Of a stretch of 64,000 bases of DNA, positions 9,066-17,700 are shown one piece after another (the first letter of the stretch is position 1; each line of letters starts with the position of its first letter). The notes below the pieces were generated by a model. That model was not told where the DNA came from. It saw only the letters and a program-made list of their open reading frames with translations, and did no database searches. Origin of the DNA: a virus (taxonomy: Duplodnaviria > Heunggongvirae > Uroviricota > Caudoviricetes); the IMG/VR virus record IMGVR_UViG_3300018411_000017; one strand, written 5' to 3'. The position numbers and the translations under genes are program-made.

Positions 9066-9485
9066 TTATGGTTTTACAAATAAAACTCCATGTTTTGCAT
9101 TGTCTCTAAATCTAACCAATCTAACAAATCCCCTAAGTATTACCAAGCAAGGAATTTCTCTTTTTTGTTTTTTTGATTTAGACCAAAAAAAAGCGGATTG
9201 ACCTACTCCGTTAGTGATTGATTCAAAACAATATCCAGATAACGGAAGCTTTAGGCATTTATTTTCATCATTTAAATCTATTAAATTATTTGCAAAATAA
9301 CAGTATTCATTTTTAATAACATATGGGGATTTGCTTAATAATTCAAGTTCTGATTCAGTTGGCAATCTTTTAATTCCTGTATTCTCCATGAGCATAGCAT
9401 CCTTATAAAAATATAAATCTTTTCCAACATCTTTATAGAAATCAATGCCAGCTATATTTATTATATAACAATATCCTATTTTCAT
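9066..9485 (-). CDS. family C: FISUMP-like domain protein (no signal peptide)
   Basis: GIKRLPTESELELL ; LKLPLSGYCF ; AFFWSKS ; C-terminal VRLVRF. Confidence 0.55.
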   Translation of the reverse strand: MKIGYCYIINIAGIDFYKDVGKDLYFYKDAMLMENTGIKRLPTESELELLSKSPYVIKNEYCYFANNLIDLNDENKCLKLPLSGYCFESITNGVGQSAFFWSKSKKQKREIPCLVILRGFVRLVRFRDNAKHGVLFVKP

Positions 9486-9901
9486 AACTTATTCATTAAT
9501 AGAAAAGACAATTCAACGTCATAAGCTGCTGCCTGTACTCTTAATTCACGTTTATTTGAAAACGTAAAACATTTATCTCCATCCCCAAATCTATAAAATC
9601 CAGTATCATCGTGAACAATTGAGCTGGCTAACCATCTAAACCCCGTTGGAGGTAGTATTAATCTTTGGCTTGGTATATCAAGATTTTCTAAAGATTCAGC
9701 TATAAGTAAATGATTCTCGCTTATTTTGTGAGGTAATTTCAACAAAGCATTAAAAGCTTCTTCTGTTAATAATTGCATATTATGAGACTTTGCCATCTCT
9801 AAAGTTTCTTCGTAAGAAGATAATCTAAATGCTGTTTTATGGATAAAGAATCCTCCTAATTTAATTGAATTTGGATTTGGATTTTTAGCTTCTATTTTCA
9901 T
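9482..9901 (-). CDS. family C: FISUMP-like domain protein (divergent)
   Basis: QLLTEEAFNALLKL ; LILPPTGFRW. Confidence 0.45.
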   Translation of the reverse strand: MKIEAKNPNPNSIKLGGFFIHKTAFRLSSYEETLEMAKSHNMQLLTEEAFNALLKLPHKISENHLLIAESLENLDIPSQRLILPPTGFRWLASSIVHDDTGFYRFGDGDKCFTFSNKRELRVQAAAYDVELSFLLMNKL

Positions 9902-10332
9902 GGCGTTTTTAATAATATAGGTTGTCCATAAGATGAATCCGAATAAAATATTCTAATTCTATTATCTTTATTAAAACATAAATATGGCTGATTCTCCGTT
10001 GGATTTGGATTAGTGTTTTGTAACCAATAATAGCCGCCTATGTTTTTTCCAATAAATCGTTTTTGATTCAAATGATTATTATAATATCCCAATCTAGGGA
10101 ATTCAATCCTTCTATTTTCATCATCTAACCAAATACCTTGTTCTGCTATATAAAGACTAGTTGAGTCGTGTTTCCTTGGAAGAGTTAAAAGCAGTTCCAT
10201 TTCATGTTTACTAATCAATACTTTTCCAACAGACTCGGCGTACTCAATAGCTTGCTTATAGTTGAAATAGCCATTAATGGGTTTTTGATCAAACTTAATC
10301 CCTTTTATCTCAAATTGTTTTCTTATTTTCAT
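9898..10332 (-). CDS. family C: FISUMP-like domain protein
   Basis: EFPRLGYYNNH ; GGYYWLQN. Confidence 0.5.
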   Translation of the reverse strand: MKIRKQFEIKGIKFDQKPINGYFNYKQAIEYAESVGKVLISKHEMELLLTLPRKHDSTSLYIAEQGIWLDDENRRIEFPRLGYYNNHLNQKRFIGKNIGGYYWLQNTNPNPTENQPYLCFNKDNRIRIFYSDSSYGQPILLKTP

Positions 10333-10346
10333 AATTATTGTTGGTT

Positions 10347-10793
10347 TTATAAATCTGAAACAAAACGAACTGTAAATTTATATTCGCGAAAATACCTATC
10401 TACACCAGGGATTGAATCGCTATCAAAATATAGATGAGTTGCATTGTCTTCTGATAAAGAAGAATCAGCCCAATATATTCCAATGTCATAAACGCCATAA
10501 TTAGGCGTAATACTTTTGGGAGGGCAATACCCGCCAGAAGGTAAAAACAATGAATAGTTTGTTTTTAAATCTCTAACATCATTTGCATACCAAATTCCAC
10601 GATTATCTTTATCATATAAATAATGTAATTTATTAAGATTGCGAAATTCTTCTGGAGTTGGCAGTCTCTTATTTCTTATATAAGCTTGATGCATCGCATC
10701 TTTATGAGTGAAATGAGCTATATCTCCATCTTTAAAATTAGATATATCCCATTTCAATCCATTTAATATAACATAATCACCTCCTATCTTCAT
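10347..10793 (-). CDS. family C: FISUMP-like domain protein
   Basis: ILNGLKWDISNF ; KRLPTPEEFRNL ; SLFLPSGGY ; IYWADSS ; C-terminal FTVRFVSDL. Confidence 0.6.
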   Translation of the reverse strand: MKIGGDYVILNGLKWDISNFKDGDIAHFTHKDAMHQAYIRNKRLPTPEEFRNLNKLHYLYDKDNRGIWYANDVRDLKTNYSLFLPSGGYCPPKSITPNYGVYDIGIYWADSSLSEDNATHLYFDSDSIPGVDRYFREYKFTVRFVSDL

Positions 10794-11053
10794 AATCTAT
10801 AATAATTGTTTTCACTTTTATAAAAGAAGAATGTAGGATTCCCTTTAATTTGACATATCTGCAACCATTCCGTTTGGAATAAAGTGTAAGAATAAGCCAC
10901 AGACACATATGTATTGTCAGTTATATCATATAAAAAAACTTCTTTACTAGGAATATTTACCATTAGAAACATTACCTCATGTTTTTCTATGGTTTCCTGT
11001 TTTACGCAACTAGTTAATAAAACAAGTAATAATAATATGACTAAATGTTTCAT
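10790..11053 (-). CDS. small lipoprotein
   Basis: 87 aa; signal peptide with lipobox LLTSC. Confidence 0.45.
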   Translation of the reverse strand: MKHLVILLLLVLLTSCVKQETIEKHEVMFLMVNIPSKEVFLYDITDNTYVSVAYSYTLFQTEWLQICQIKGNPTFFFYKSENNYYRL

Positions 11054-11065
11054 GTTTTTAATATT

Positions 11066-11482
11066 TTAATAAATTGATTTTATTATAAAATTACGATCGT
11101 TACCTTTTGGTATAAGTTTATTTAACTTTTCTTTATCTTCTATATCACAAACGCTTGTTTGGCTTCTTTTAAGATTGTTAATAGATGAATTAATTTCTAA
11201 AACTATTCTGCTTTCATTATCATCATATACAGATCTATATATATTTAATAGCAAATAATCCGAATTGGAAATAGAAAAAGGTTTATTTACTATTTCTAAC
11301 AACGCAACTTTATAAGTTCCATATGGAATATCTAATCTATGAAAATATTGGAATAAACAACCTGCGCTATATGGATCATGAGCAATTCCGAATTCAGGTT
11401 TGCAAAACTTAATTCTTAACATTTTAAAATGGTCATAATATATATAAGCTTTTATGCAATTATTTGAATTTATTATTTTCAT
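11066..11482 (-). CDS. hypothetical protein, family G (1 of 2)
   Basis: 138 aa; KAYIYYDHFKMLRIKFCKPE resembles the N-terminus of the neighbouring ORF. Confidence 0.5.
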   Translation of the reverse strand: MKIINSNNCIKAYIYYDHFKMLRIKFCKPEFGIAHDPYSAGCLFQYFHRLDIPYGTYKVALLEIVNKPFSISNSDYLLLNIYRSVYDDNESRIVLEINSSINNLKRSQTSVCDIEDKEKLNKLIPKGNDRNFIIKSIY

Positions 11483-11880
11483 AAAACAATTTTAAATCTA
11501 TAATATTTTCCTGTCTTAAATCCGAATTCATCGTATATATCAAAATAAGTAGTCCAATTAGAAAATAGAGAAAAAGCATTTCTGGCTTGAAATTTTATCC
11601 GATTAAGAGATGCACTAAAAATAGATATCATAAATTCCGTTTCTATAAGAAATGTCAAATCGTCCATTTCAATTAACAATACCTCTCTACATTCTCCTGG
11701 CAAAATTTGAGGGAAAAAGTAATTATCAATACTCTGATATGGACCGTTATAACAATGGTATACTATTTGACCTTCGCCAACCGATCTACATTCCGGTTTA
11801 TAATAAGATATACTTAGATTATTATTTGAATTTCTATATAAATACATCTTTAACCCATTACCTTTTGATGATATTTTCAT
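11479..11880 (-). CDS. hypothetical protein, family G (2 of 2)
   Basis: 133 aa; KMYLYRNSNNNLSISYYKPE. Confidence 0.5.
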   Translation of the reverse strand: MKISSKGNGLKMYLYRNSNNNLSISYYKPECRSVGEGQIVYHCYNGPYQSIDNYFFPQILPGECREVLLIEMDDLTFLIETEFMISIFSASLNRIKFQARNAFSLFSNWTTYFDIYDEFGFKTGKYYRFKIVL

Positions 11881-12317
11881 AACTTTATTAATTTTAAAGA
11901 CAATTGATATTCCATATTAAAGGATGGAGCAGAATCGGCATGAATAAATCCGTTTGATAACATAATAAAGCAACATTTTCCTTCTTCTTTTTCTTTTGCC
12001 CAATAAAATCCACTTCCTAATGCTATTGGAGGCCTATTTTGTTGCCTATAACCTTGTATTGTGTTAAACCTCAAACATTTGTTAGGATCAGATAAATATT
12101 CTTTTTTTGGAGATAGATGACACCATCCATCTTCATATATTCTTTGCAGCTTAATAAGACCTGAAAAATCCTCCTTATCTGGTATTCTGGCATCAAATCT
12201 TTCGGCTAGAAATAAAGCTTCTTCATAAAGCATATGAGGACATCCTTTTAATGTAATGTCTTCTTTAATCCAAAAAAAACCATTTATTTCAATTGTCTCA
12301 ACTTTTTTTATTTTCAT
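11877..12317 (-). CDS. family C: FISUMP-like domain protein
   Basis: INGFFWIKEDI ; ARIPDKEDFSGL ; GFYWAKE ; C-terminal LSLKLIKL. Confidence 0.55.
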   Translation of the reverse strand: MKIKKVETIEINGFFWIKEDITLKGCPHMLYEEALFLAERFDARIPDKEDFSGLIKLQRIYEDGWCHLSPKKEYLSDPNKCLRFNTIQGYRQQNRPPIALGSGFYWAKEKEEGKCCFIMLSNGFIHADSAPSFNMEYQLSLKLIKL

Positions 12318-12757
12318 AATTTAATTAGCTTTAAACTAAATAAAAAATCCTGTACTCGAATATTTGATGGTGATTGGACTTTGGATTCATTGAAAAATAA
12401 ATAAGATCCATATTCATTTTCTATATCATCCAAATCGCACCAATAACAGGCTGTTGTTGCATTACTATCATCCGATTTTACATATATCCATCCATTAAAT
12501 TTAAATCTTAAAACATTGAATCCTTTTTTGAGTTCCTCATTTGTTTCAGCAAAAATCCATTCGCTTGTTTCTGGAATAAATTTATGAGATAATTTTAATA
12601 GTTTTTTATAATCGTCTGAATTCGGAATTCTTGCTTTATACTTTTTAGCCAAATGTAAAGCTTCTATATTAGAAACATTAACTCGCCCTTCAAATGATAT
12701 GTCTTCTTTAATCCACGTAATACCATTTAAGGTTATACAACTTTGTCCTATTTTCAT
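12314..12757 (-). CDS. family C: FISUMP-like domain protein
   Basis: LNGITWIKEDI ; ARIPNSDDYKKL ; CYWCD ; C-terminal FSLKLIKL. Confidence 0.55.
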   Translation of the reverse strand: MKIGQSCITLNGITWIKEDISFEGRVNVSNIEALHLAKKYKARIPNSDDYKKLLKLSHKFIPETSEWIFAETNEELKKGFNVLRFKFNGWIYVKSDDSNATTACYWCDLDDIENEYGSYLFFNESKVQSPSNIRVQDFLFSLKLIKL

Positions 12758-12837
12758 TACTTTTCTTTATTAAAAACCCCTCAAGCTATTACTAGCATTG
12801 AAGGGTTAAACAATTTATATAATAGAATTGAAGTTTT

Positions 12838-13065
12838 TTATTCACTTATATATGCCATAGATTTGATATCTTTCAAAAATCCTATTTCAATGCCATATAC
12901 GCCATCTTCTGTTATTTCCGATACATCTTCTATTAAGCTTTCCGAATCATCCTCATACAGCCTATAAATAGGCTCTACGTTTAAACTGTATATCTTTCTA
13001 GCGCAATCAGTGTTTATGACTTTCCAAACAAACTCATCGTCTTTAGTTATTTTTAAATTCAACAT
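12838..13065 (-). CDS. hypothetical protein
   Basis: 75-aa acidic ORF. Confidence 0.4.
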   Translation of the reverse strand: MLNLKITKDDEFVWKVINTDCARKIYSLNVEPIYRLYEDDSESLIEDVSEITEDGVYGIEIGFLKDIKSMAYISE

Positions 13066-13070
13066 AATAA

Positions 13071-13358
13071 TTATTTTATAGTATCACCAACAGATATTGA
13101 ATTATATTCGTAATCTGTAATAATTAAATGTACATAAGTAAAGTTATTACCCAATGTTATTGCACCGGATTGCTTTTTACTTAATACGACGAATCCAGTA
13201 AAACAAGCCAAAGGTCTATTCTTTATTATTCTTATAGTATCAGTCTCAATTTTTGTAGATTTTATTGGTTTTTTACCTTCTTGAAATCCAATATAATAGC
13301 TTATTCCAGCTATCATAGATGTCAATATTAAAATTGTTATTAATATTCCTGTTTTCAT
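13071..13358 (-). CDS. membrane-anchored small protein
   Basis: 95 aa; N-terminal TM or signal segment. Confidence 0.45.
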   Translation of the reverse strand: MKTGILITILILTSMIAGISYYIGFQEGKKPIKSTKIETDTIRIIKNRPLACFTGFVVLSKKQSGAITLGNNFTYVHLIITDYEYNSISVGDTIK

Positions 13359-13359
13359 A

Positions 13360-13560
13360 TTATGTAAATAAATTTATTCTATTTTTTAAACATTCAAGAT
13401 AAATCCCCATAGCACCGGATTGCATGGTTAACAAGCTTTTATAAATTGGATCTATTTGATTTGATTTTTCACATATTAAAAAATCATTCAATTCATTTAA
13501 TTTCAATTCCAACTCATATGCTTCATTTATTAAATCTTTTTTGATAATAAATTTTTCCAT
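13360..13560 (-). CDS. hypothetical protein
   Basis: 66-aa ORF. Confidence 0.4.
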   Translation of the reverse strand: MEKFIIKKDLINEAYELELKLNELNDFLICEKSNQIDPIYKSLLTMQSGAMGIYLECLKNRINLFT

Positions 13561-13582
13561 ATTTTATTATTTTAAAATAACC

Positions 13583-13686
13583 AGTGGAGAGAGTAGGAAT
13601 CGAACCTACATAAGTTGTCAAGCTTAATACATCTAGGGTTGACAATCCCATCATTGAGTATTTGCGTTTCCACTCCGCCATCTCCC
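13583..13686 (-). tRNA. atypical long tRNA-like gene (about 104 nt, class-II-like, anticodon unresolved)
   Basis: Minus strand: acceptor GGGGAGA/TCTCTCC (Ser-like), D-arm GCG-GAGTGGAAA-CGC, T-arm GTAGG-TTCGATT-CCTAC. The central region carries a perfect 7-bp hairpin TTGTCAA(17 nt)TTGACAA and is too long for a standard tRNA. Confidence 0.4.
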
Positions 13687-13761
13687 CTTTAAAACACTTT
13701 TTAATTATAATGGCAAAAAGTGCAAAATCCTTAGTCGAAAACGCAAAAGAAGGTTTATCGA

Positions 13762-13947
13762 CTAATAATTATCTGTAATAGATTTTTCTAATTCACGTTT
13801 TAGATAAACTCTAAGCTTTTTGGATATTATCTTTCTAATTCGTTTCTTGCGATCAGATTGATAATCTCGTGTGCCCCATGTTTTCGTACGAAAAACAGCT
13901 AATCCAGAATTATCTATTGTACTAATTAACTTTTTACCGGTTGCCAT
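13762..13947 (-). CDS. small basic protein, possibly ribosomal protein bL33-like
   Basis: 61 aa; MATGKK..FRTKT..R....KLRVYLKRELEK has the same residue spacing as bL33 (MAKG..FYTTTKN.R..KLEL.K..HVIYKE.K); call is tentative. Confidence 0.3.
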   Translation of the reverse strand: MATGKKLISTIDNSGLAVFRTKTWGTRDYQSDRKKRIRKIISKKLRVYLKRELEKSITDNY

Positions 13948-13973
13948 AATTTAAATTGAGTGTTTTTTGTAAA

Positions 13974-14228
13974 TTAATTATAGTCAATTATACGAACCCA
14001 GAGATAAAAAGGCTTATCAAAGCTGATATGTTCTCCATATTCGTTAACCGTCCCAGGCGCATAGTGAGCGTGTCCAAAGTCCACTTCTATAGTGTAATAA
14101 TCAATTTCATAATATCCTTTTTTATATCCAACAATTGGATAAAATTTGCCATTAAACTCGAATTTAATTGAGTCTCCTATTTTATATTTAAAATAATCAT
14201 CGATTCTTTTTTTTTTCAGTATTTTCAT
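13974..14228 (-). CDS. family E small protein (1 of 2)
   Basis: 84 aa; MKILKKKRIDDYFKYKIGD...IVGYKKGYY, paralog of 23562..23813. Confidence 0.5.
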   Translation of the reverse strand: MKILKKKRIDDYFKYKIGDSIKFEFNGKFYPIVGYKKGYYEIDYYTIEVDFGHAHYAPGTVNEYGEHISFDKPFYLWVRIIDYN

Positions 14229-14514
14229 CAGTTAGTATTTCAAAATGCACACATTTTCCATCAGATCTTTCTAAACAACTACATTGGCCTCTAACTTCTT
14301 TTATTTTTTCTATAGTACAATTGTATAATATGTTATTTATTTTAAAATAGCATTTATCACAAGATAAACCAGGAGATTCTAAACAAATAAATGGAAGCCC
14401 ATCATAAGTAAAAACTTCTCCTATTTCTCTTTCTTCTTTGAACATTTTTAATATTTTCATATCATATTTTTTCAACAAAACATACAAACATGAAATCTTC
14501 TCTTCCACCGGCAT
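14197..14514 (-). CDS. family D Cys-rich mini-protein
   Basis: Internal MKILKMFKEEREIGEVF is the probable start; Cys pattern C..C..C..C. Confidence 0.5.
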   Translation of the reverse strand: MPVEEKISCLYVLLKKYDMKILKMFKEEREIGEVFTYDGLPFICLESPGLSCDKCYFKINNILYNCTIEKIKEVRGQCSCLERSDGKCVHFEILTDENTEKKKNR

Positions 14515-14689
14515 AGCATGATCCAGTTATATCTTCATCTCTATTTCCACAGTCTAAACTATAAGATGTATTAAAAATGCACATTTCACATGATGAGGAA
14601 TCCGCTTGAACACATTCCAATAATTTTCCTTTATGATAAAAAGTCTCTCCGATTTTTCTTTCCTGAACTTTTTTTTGTTCTATTTTCAT
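14462..14689 (-). CDS. family D Cys-rich mini-protein
   Basis: 75 aa; IGETFYHKGKLLECV...CEMCIF...C...GSC...FMFV. Confidence 0.55.
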   Translation of the reverse strand: MKIEQKKVQERKIGETFYHKGKLLECVQADSSSCEMCIFNTSYSLDCGNRDEDITGSCYAGGREDFMFVCFVEKI

Positions 14690-14910
14690 AATATTTTTTT
14701 ATATATTATATAGCACTTATCGTCTCTAAAAGTTTCACTGCAAGAGTGAAAAAAAGGAAGCCAAGGCTTTGCACAACTAGCACGCATAGACCCTTCATTT
14801 CTTTGAAAGCAACATCCATTACATCTATTTTCTTTCGATGCTCTATCTAATACTCCATATCTATCGCCTTGAAATCTTATTACTTCTTTATATTTAGGAA
14901 GTATTTTCAT
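14686..14910 (-). CDS. family D Cys-rich mini-protein
   Basis: 74 aa; Cys-rich (CNGCCF..C..C). Confidence 0.5.
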   Translation of the reverse strand: MKILPKYKEVIRFQGDRYGVLDRASKENRCNGCCFQRNEGSMRASCAKPWLPFFHSCSETFRDDKCYIIYKKIL

Positions 14911-15146
14911 TCTGTTACTTCTTTAAAAATAACATTCTCTTTATCTCCTCTGGAAGTCCCAACGCAAGAACCTAATACTTTTCTTCCTGGTTTAAGACAC
15001 ACTATGCCTTTACTATAAAAACAACACCCAGAGCATACATAAGTATTAGGATTGTACTTTTGACATGTATATTTTTTTCCGCGATATTCAATGGTATCTC
15101 CTATTCTAATATAATAATCTTCTAAAGGTATTTTTTCTATTTTCAT
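14907..15146 (-). CDS. family D Cys-rich mini-protein
   Basis: 79 aa; IGDTIEYRGKKYTC...CSGCCF..C...GSC...VIF. Confidence 0.55.
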   Translation of the reverse strand: MKIEKIPLEDYYIRIGDTIEYRGKKYTCQKYNPNTYVCSGCCFYSKGIVCLKPGRKVLGSCVGTSRGDKENVIFKEVTE

Positions 15147-15367
15147 TATCTTACTTTTTTAAAAATAACTCCTGTTAAATCATATCTACTTATATTAGAG
15201 CAATATCCAGTTATATGTTTAATATTATTGCAATTTATTTCCATATCAGAGAAGTAACAGTCGATACAGCTATACGCTTCTTCGACACATTCTAATTGGG
15301 TCCCATCTTCTAATGTAAACCTATCTCCAATAGAATGCTTGTCTTTATTTATTTTAGATATTTTCAT
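15146..15367 (-). CDS. family D Cys-rich mini-protein
   Basis: 73 aa; IGDRFTLEDGTQLECV..CIDCYF..C...GYC...VIF. Confidence 0.55.
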   Translation of the reverse strand: MKISKINKDKHSIGDRFTLEDGTQLECVEEAYSCIDCYFSDMEINCNNIKHITGYCSNISRYDLTGVIFKKVR

Positions 15368-15560
15368 ATTGTTTCTTTTTTTTACTGTTTTTCCAAGATC
15401 TAAAACCTGTTTTAAAGCGAATTCTTTTAGGCCTATTACATCCTCTATGTAACTTACATATAGTACAAAAAAATTCTTTTTGTTTTATGTAAGTCTTATA
15501 ACAAACATTAAAAACGTGTCTATTATCAGTTGTTTCATAATTGTATTTTAGTCTATGCAT
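15354..15560 (-). CDS. small basic Cys-containing protein
   Basis: 68 aa; FCTICKLHRGCNRPKR; lysine/arginine-rich. Confidence 0.4.
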   Translation of the reverse strand: MHRLKYNYETTDNRHVFNVCYKTYIKQKEFFCTICKLHRGCNRPKRIRFKTGFRSWKNSKKKKQYENI

Positions 15561-15675
15561 AATATTTTGTTTTAGATAAAATAAATAAAGAGTGATACAT
15601 TGTGTACCACTCTTTTCACATATTAGTCTTCACAGATTTGTATGCGACTAAACTTATAAAATATGAAAAATATAG

Positions 15676-15747
15676 TACCGCGTAGAGGAGTCAAACCTCT
15701 TTTCTGCATTTGAGAGATGCAAGTCCTAATCGGTAGACGAACGCGGC
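15676..15747 (-). tRNA. tRNA, anticodon CTC (Glu-type), non-canonical D/T loops
   Basis: Manual fold on minus strand: acceptor GCCGCGT/ACGCGGT (6 WC pairs plus G-U); D-stem GTCT/GGAC with D-loop ACCGATTA (no GG); anticodon stem TGCAT/ATGCA with loop CTCTCAA; 4-nt variable loop; T-arm AGAGG-TTTGACT-CCTCT (U in place of C56). Confidence 0.55.
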
Positions 15748-15774
15748 GGAGGGCTAACGACGTAGCCCATATCG

Positions 15775-16194
15775 TTAAACAAGTTCTTTTACAACTCGTT
15801 TCTTTACAATTTTATATTGAATATCAATCCAATCCATTATATCTTTTGATGTTTTAAAAACGTCATGAGAAGTATAATCCATTGGACTTTTTTCCTTCTT
15901 TAAATACAGTGCAGAGTTATGAGCGATATTATATCCAACTTGTATGATAACATTTTTGTATTTAAAGCCTTCAAAAGACCTTAATGCGTCACATAAATCA
16001 AGGCATGTTTTGTAGTCATCAAAATAAAGTATTTCGTCTTTAAAATATGTTTTATTTAAGGCATTTACATGATTAGTACATTTAATTGGATAATCATACC
16101 ATTTGAAGAATCCTCTTTTTTGTATATTATATTTGTTTTGAGTTTTCCCTAATCCATTTATTATTGAGGTTTCTATAATTCTGAATTTCTTCAT
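15775..16194 (-). CDS. hypothetical protein, family F (1 of 2)
   Basis: 139 aa; MKKFRIIET... is a distant paralog of 25344..25757 (MKMKRYRIVEIV..., shared ..IIQVGY/IIIGYD and C-terminal K..V.KE). Confidence 0.5.
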   Translation of the reverse strand: MKKFRIIETSIINGLGKTQNKYNIQKRGFFKWYDYPIKCTNHVNALNKTYFKDEILYFDDYKTCLDLCDALRSFEGFKYKNVIIQVGYNIAHNSALYLKKEKSPMDYTSHDVFKTSKDIMDWIDIQYKIVKKRVVKELV

Positions 16195-16195
16195 G

Positions 16196-16387
16196 TTATT
16201 CTTTTAAGTCATTTTCGGATTCTTCTTTGGAATCTTTTTTTATTTGATTATTTACATTAATACATTTATAAACTATAAATACAGCTCCTATTACCTCTAT
16301 AATTATTACCATAGAAATAATTGCGAATATCCAAATTGCAATCATATTTTTTCCTTTTTTTTTACATTGTTCTATATTATCTTTCAA
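16196..16387 (-). CDS. small membrane protein
   Basis: 63 aa with one TM segment. Confidence 0.4.
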   Translation of the reverse strand: MKDNIEQCKKKGKNMIAIWIFAIISMVIIIEVIGAVFIVYKCINVNNQIKKDSKEESENDLKE

Positions 16388-16620
16388 ATTTAAAAAGGTA
16401 TTTCTAAAATAGTAGAATTAACTACTCAAAACTAAATACCAAGACTCTTAGAGTTAGTTTTCTATGAAAGCATATCTAATTACGTATATAGTCTTCCTGT
16501 GCTTATCCTCTTTATATATTCACATACTTAAAGATTGGAAGCGTACCCATTATGACTATCATGTATTCAAAATAACTTATTGGGATATTTTGTTTTTACA
16601 ATGTATATTAATTTATTTAA

Positions 16621-16821
16621 TTATTTCTTTAGCACCGGTATCTCCATCCAATGTGTGACACCTATAAGTTCATAATCTTCAGCCCAATTAGAATACCATT
16701 TATTATCAGACTTATCGTAATAACCAACAGTAGACGCGTGATTAAATACTAATACATCTTCTGACCAAACCTGACCATCAACACATTCAGGTAATCTTTC
16801 ATTTACAGGTATCCAATTCAT
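16621..16821 (-). CDS. DUF551-like phage protein
   Basis: 66 aa; MNWIPVNERLPE...VTHWMEIP matches the DUF551 signature (WI.V.ERLPE ... THWMPLP). Confidence 0.5.
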   Translation of the reverse strand: MNWIPVNERLPECVDGQVWSEDVLVFNHASTVGYYDKSDNKWYSNWAEDYELIGVTHWMEIPVLKK

Positions 16822-17212
16822 TTTCGTCTGTTTTAGTTTTATCGACTTTAACGCTATCTTTAAAACAAAAATCAGGAACCTTAATTATTGGCCTATCAAA
16901 CACTTTAGAATGAAAAGCTCCAACAAACCAGTTACTTTTTAATTCTGACTGATCTTCGAGAATCCGATTGACTTCATATAAATTCTTAACATCTTTTAGA
17001 GAAAGATGATTGTTGGATATTTTATAATTTAAATCGTCATAATTATCTTTGATAAATGTACGATTATCATTAGTGACGCTAAACGTTCCTACTATTATAA
17101 AGAAAAATATAATAGTTAATGCCAAAAACAATAAACCAAAGCAATCGTTATCTGTTATTGTACAAATTATAAATAAACAAAGGCATACTGTAAATATAAT
17201 TATTATTCCCAT
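16799..17212 (-). CDS. membrane protein
   Basis: 137 aa with two N-terminal TM segments. Confidence 0.45.
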   Translation of the reverse strand: MGIIIIFTVCLCLFIICTITDNDCFGLLFLALTIIFFFIIVGTFSVTNDNRTFIKDNYDDLNYKISNNHLSLKDVKNLYEVNRILEDQSELKSNWFVGAFHSKVFDRPIIKVPDFCFKDSVKVDKTKTDENELDTCK

Positions 17213-17241
17213 ATCTGTTTTAATTATTATTTTTTTATATT

Positions 17242-17700
17242 TTAAACATCTTGAACAAGTCTAATGCTTAACATTTGACTAAAACTCCCATATTCTAAAT
17301 CATGGTTTTTATCTCTAAACCATAAATAATATGGAGTATTTCCTTTATTAGTGCTAGCAGACCAATATCGGCCTTTAAAGCCTATATCAAACCCTTCATT
17401 TGGTGCAAGTATCGAAGAACTCCCCATGGCTGGAAGAAATAAAGACTTACTAGTACCTAATTCGTTATGTTTATTAGCGAACCATACGCCTTTTCGCTCT
17501 CCGTCCCATTGATGGCACAAGTCAAATAAATCTGATAATTCTTCGTTCGTAGGTAATCTCTTATTCTTATGATTGATTAATTCTACAGCTTCATCTCGAG
17601 TGAAATAAATTTTATTTAAATAAAGTTTATTGTTTATAGAGAAATTTTCAGTATCCCATAAAATTCCATTTAATTCTATCCTTCTATCACCTATTTTCAT
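17242..17700 (-). CDS. family C: FISUMP-like domain protein
   Basis: ELNGILWDTENF ; KRLPTNEELSDLF ; SLFLPAMG ; RYWSAST ; C-terminal LSIRLVQDV. Confidence 0.6.
   Translation of the reverse strand: MKIGDRRIELNGILWDTENFSINNKLYLNKIYFTRDEAVELINHKNKRLPTNEELSDLFDLCHQWDGERKGVWFANKHNELGTSKSLFLPAMGSSSILAPNEGFDIGFKGRYWSASTNKGNTPYYLWFRDKNHDLEYGSFSQMLSIRLVQDV

Noticed and set aside
13762-13947. Ribosomal protein bS21 identity for the small basic ORF
   Set aside because: The spacing of conserved residues fits bL33 better than bS21; kept as a tentative bL33-like call only.
16464-16658. 64-aa plus-strand hydrophobic ORF in a 233-bp gap of the minus array
   Set aside because: Opposite orientation to all surrounding genes and overlaps the 3' end of the DUF551 gene; cannot be excluded but unsupported.
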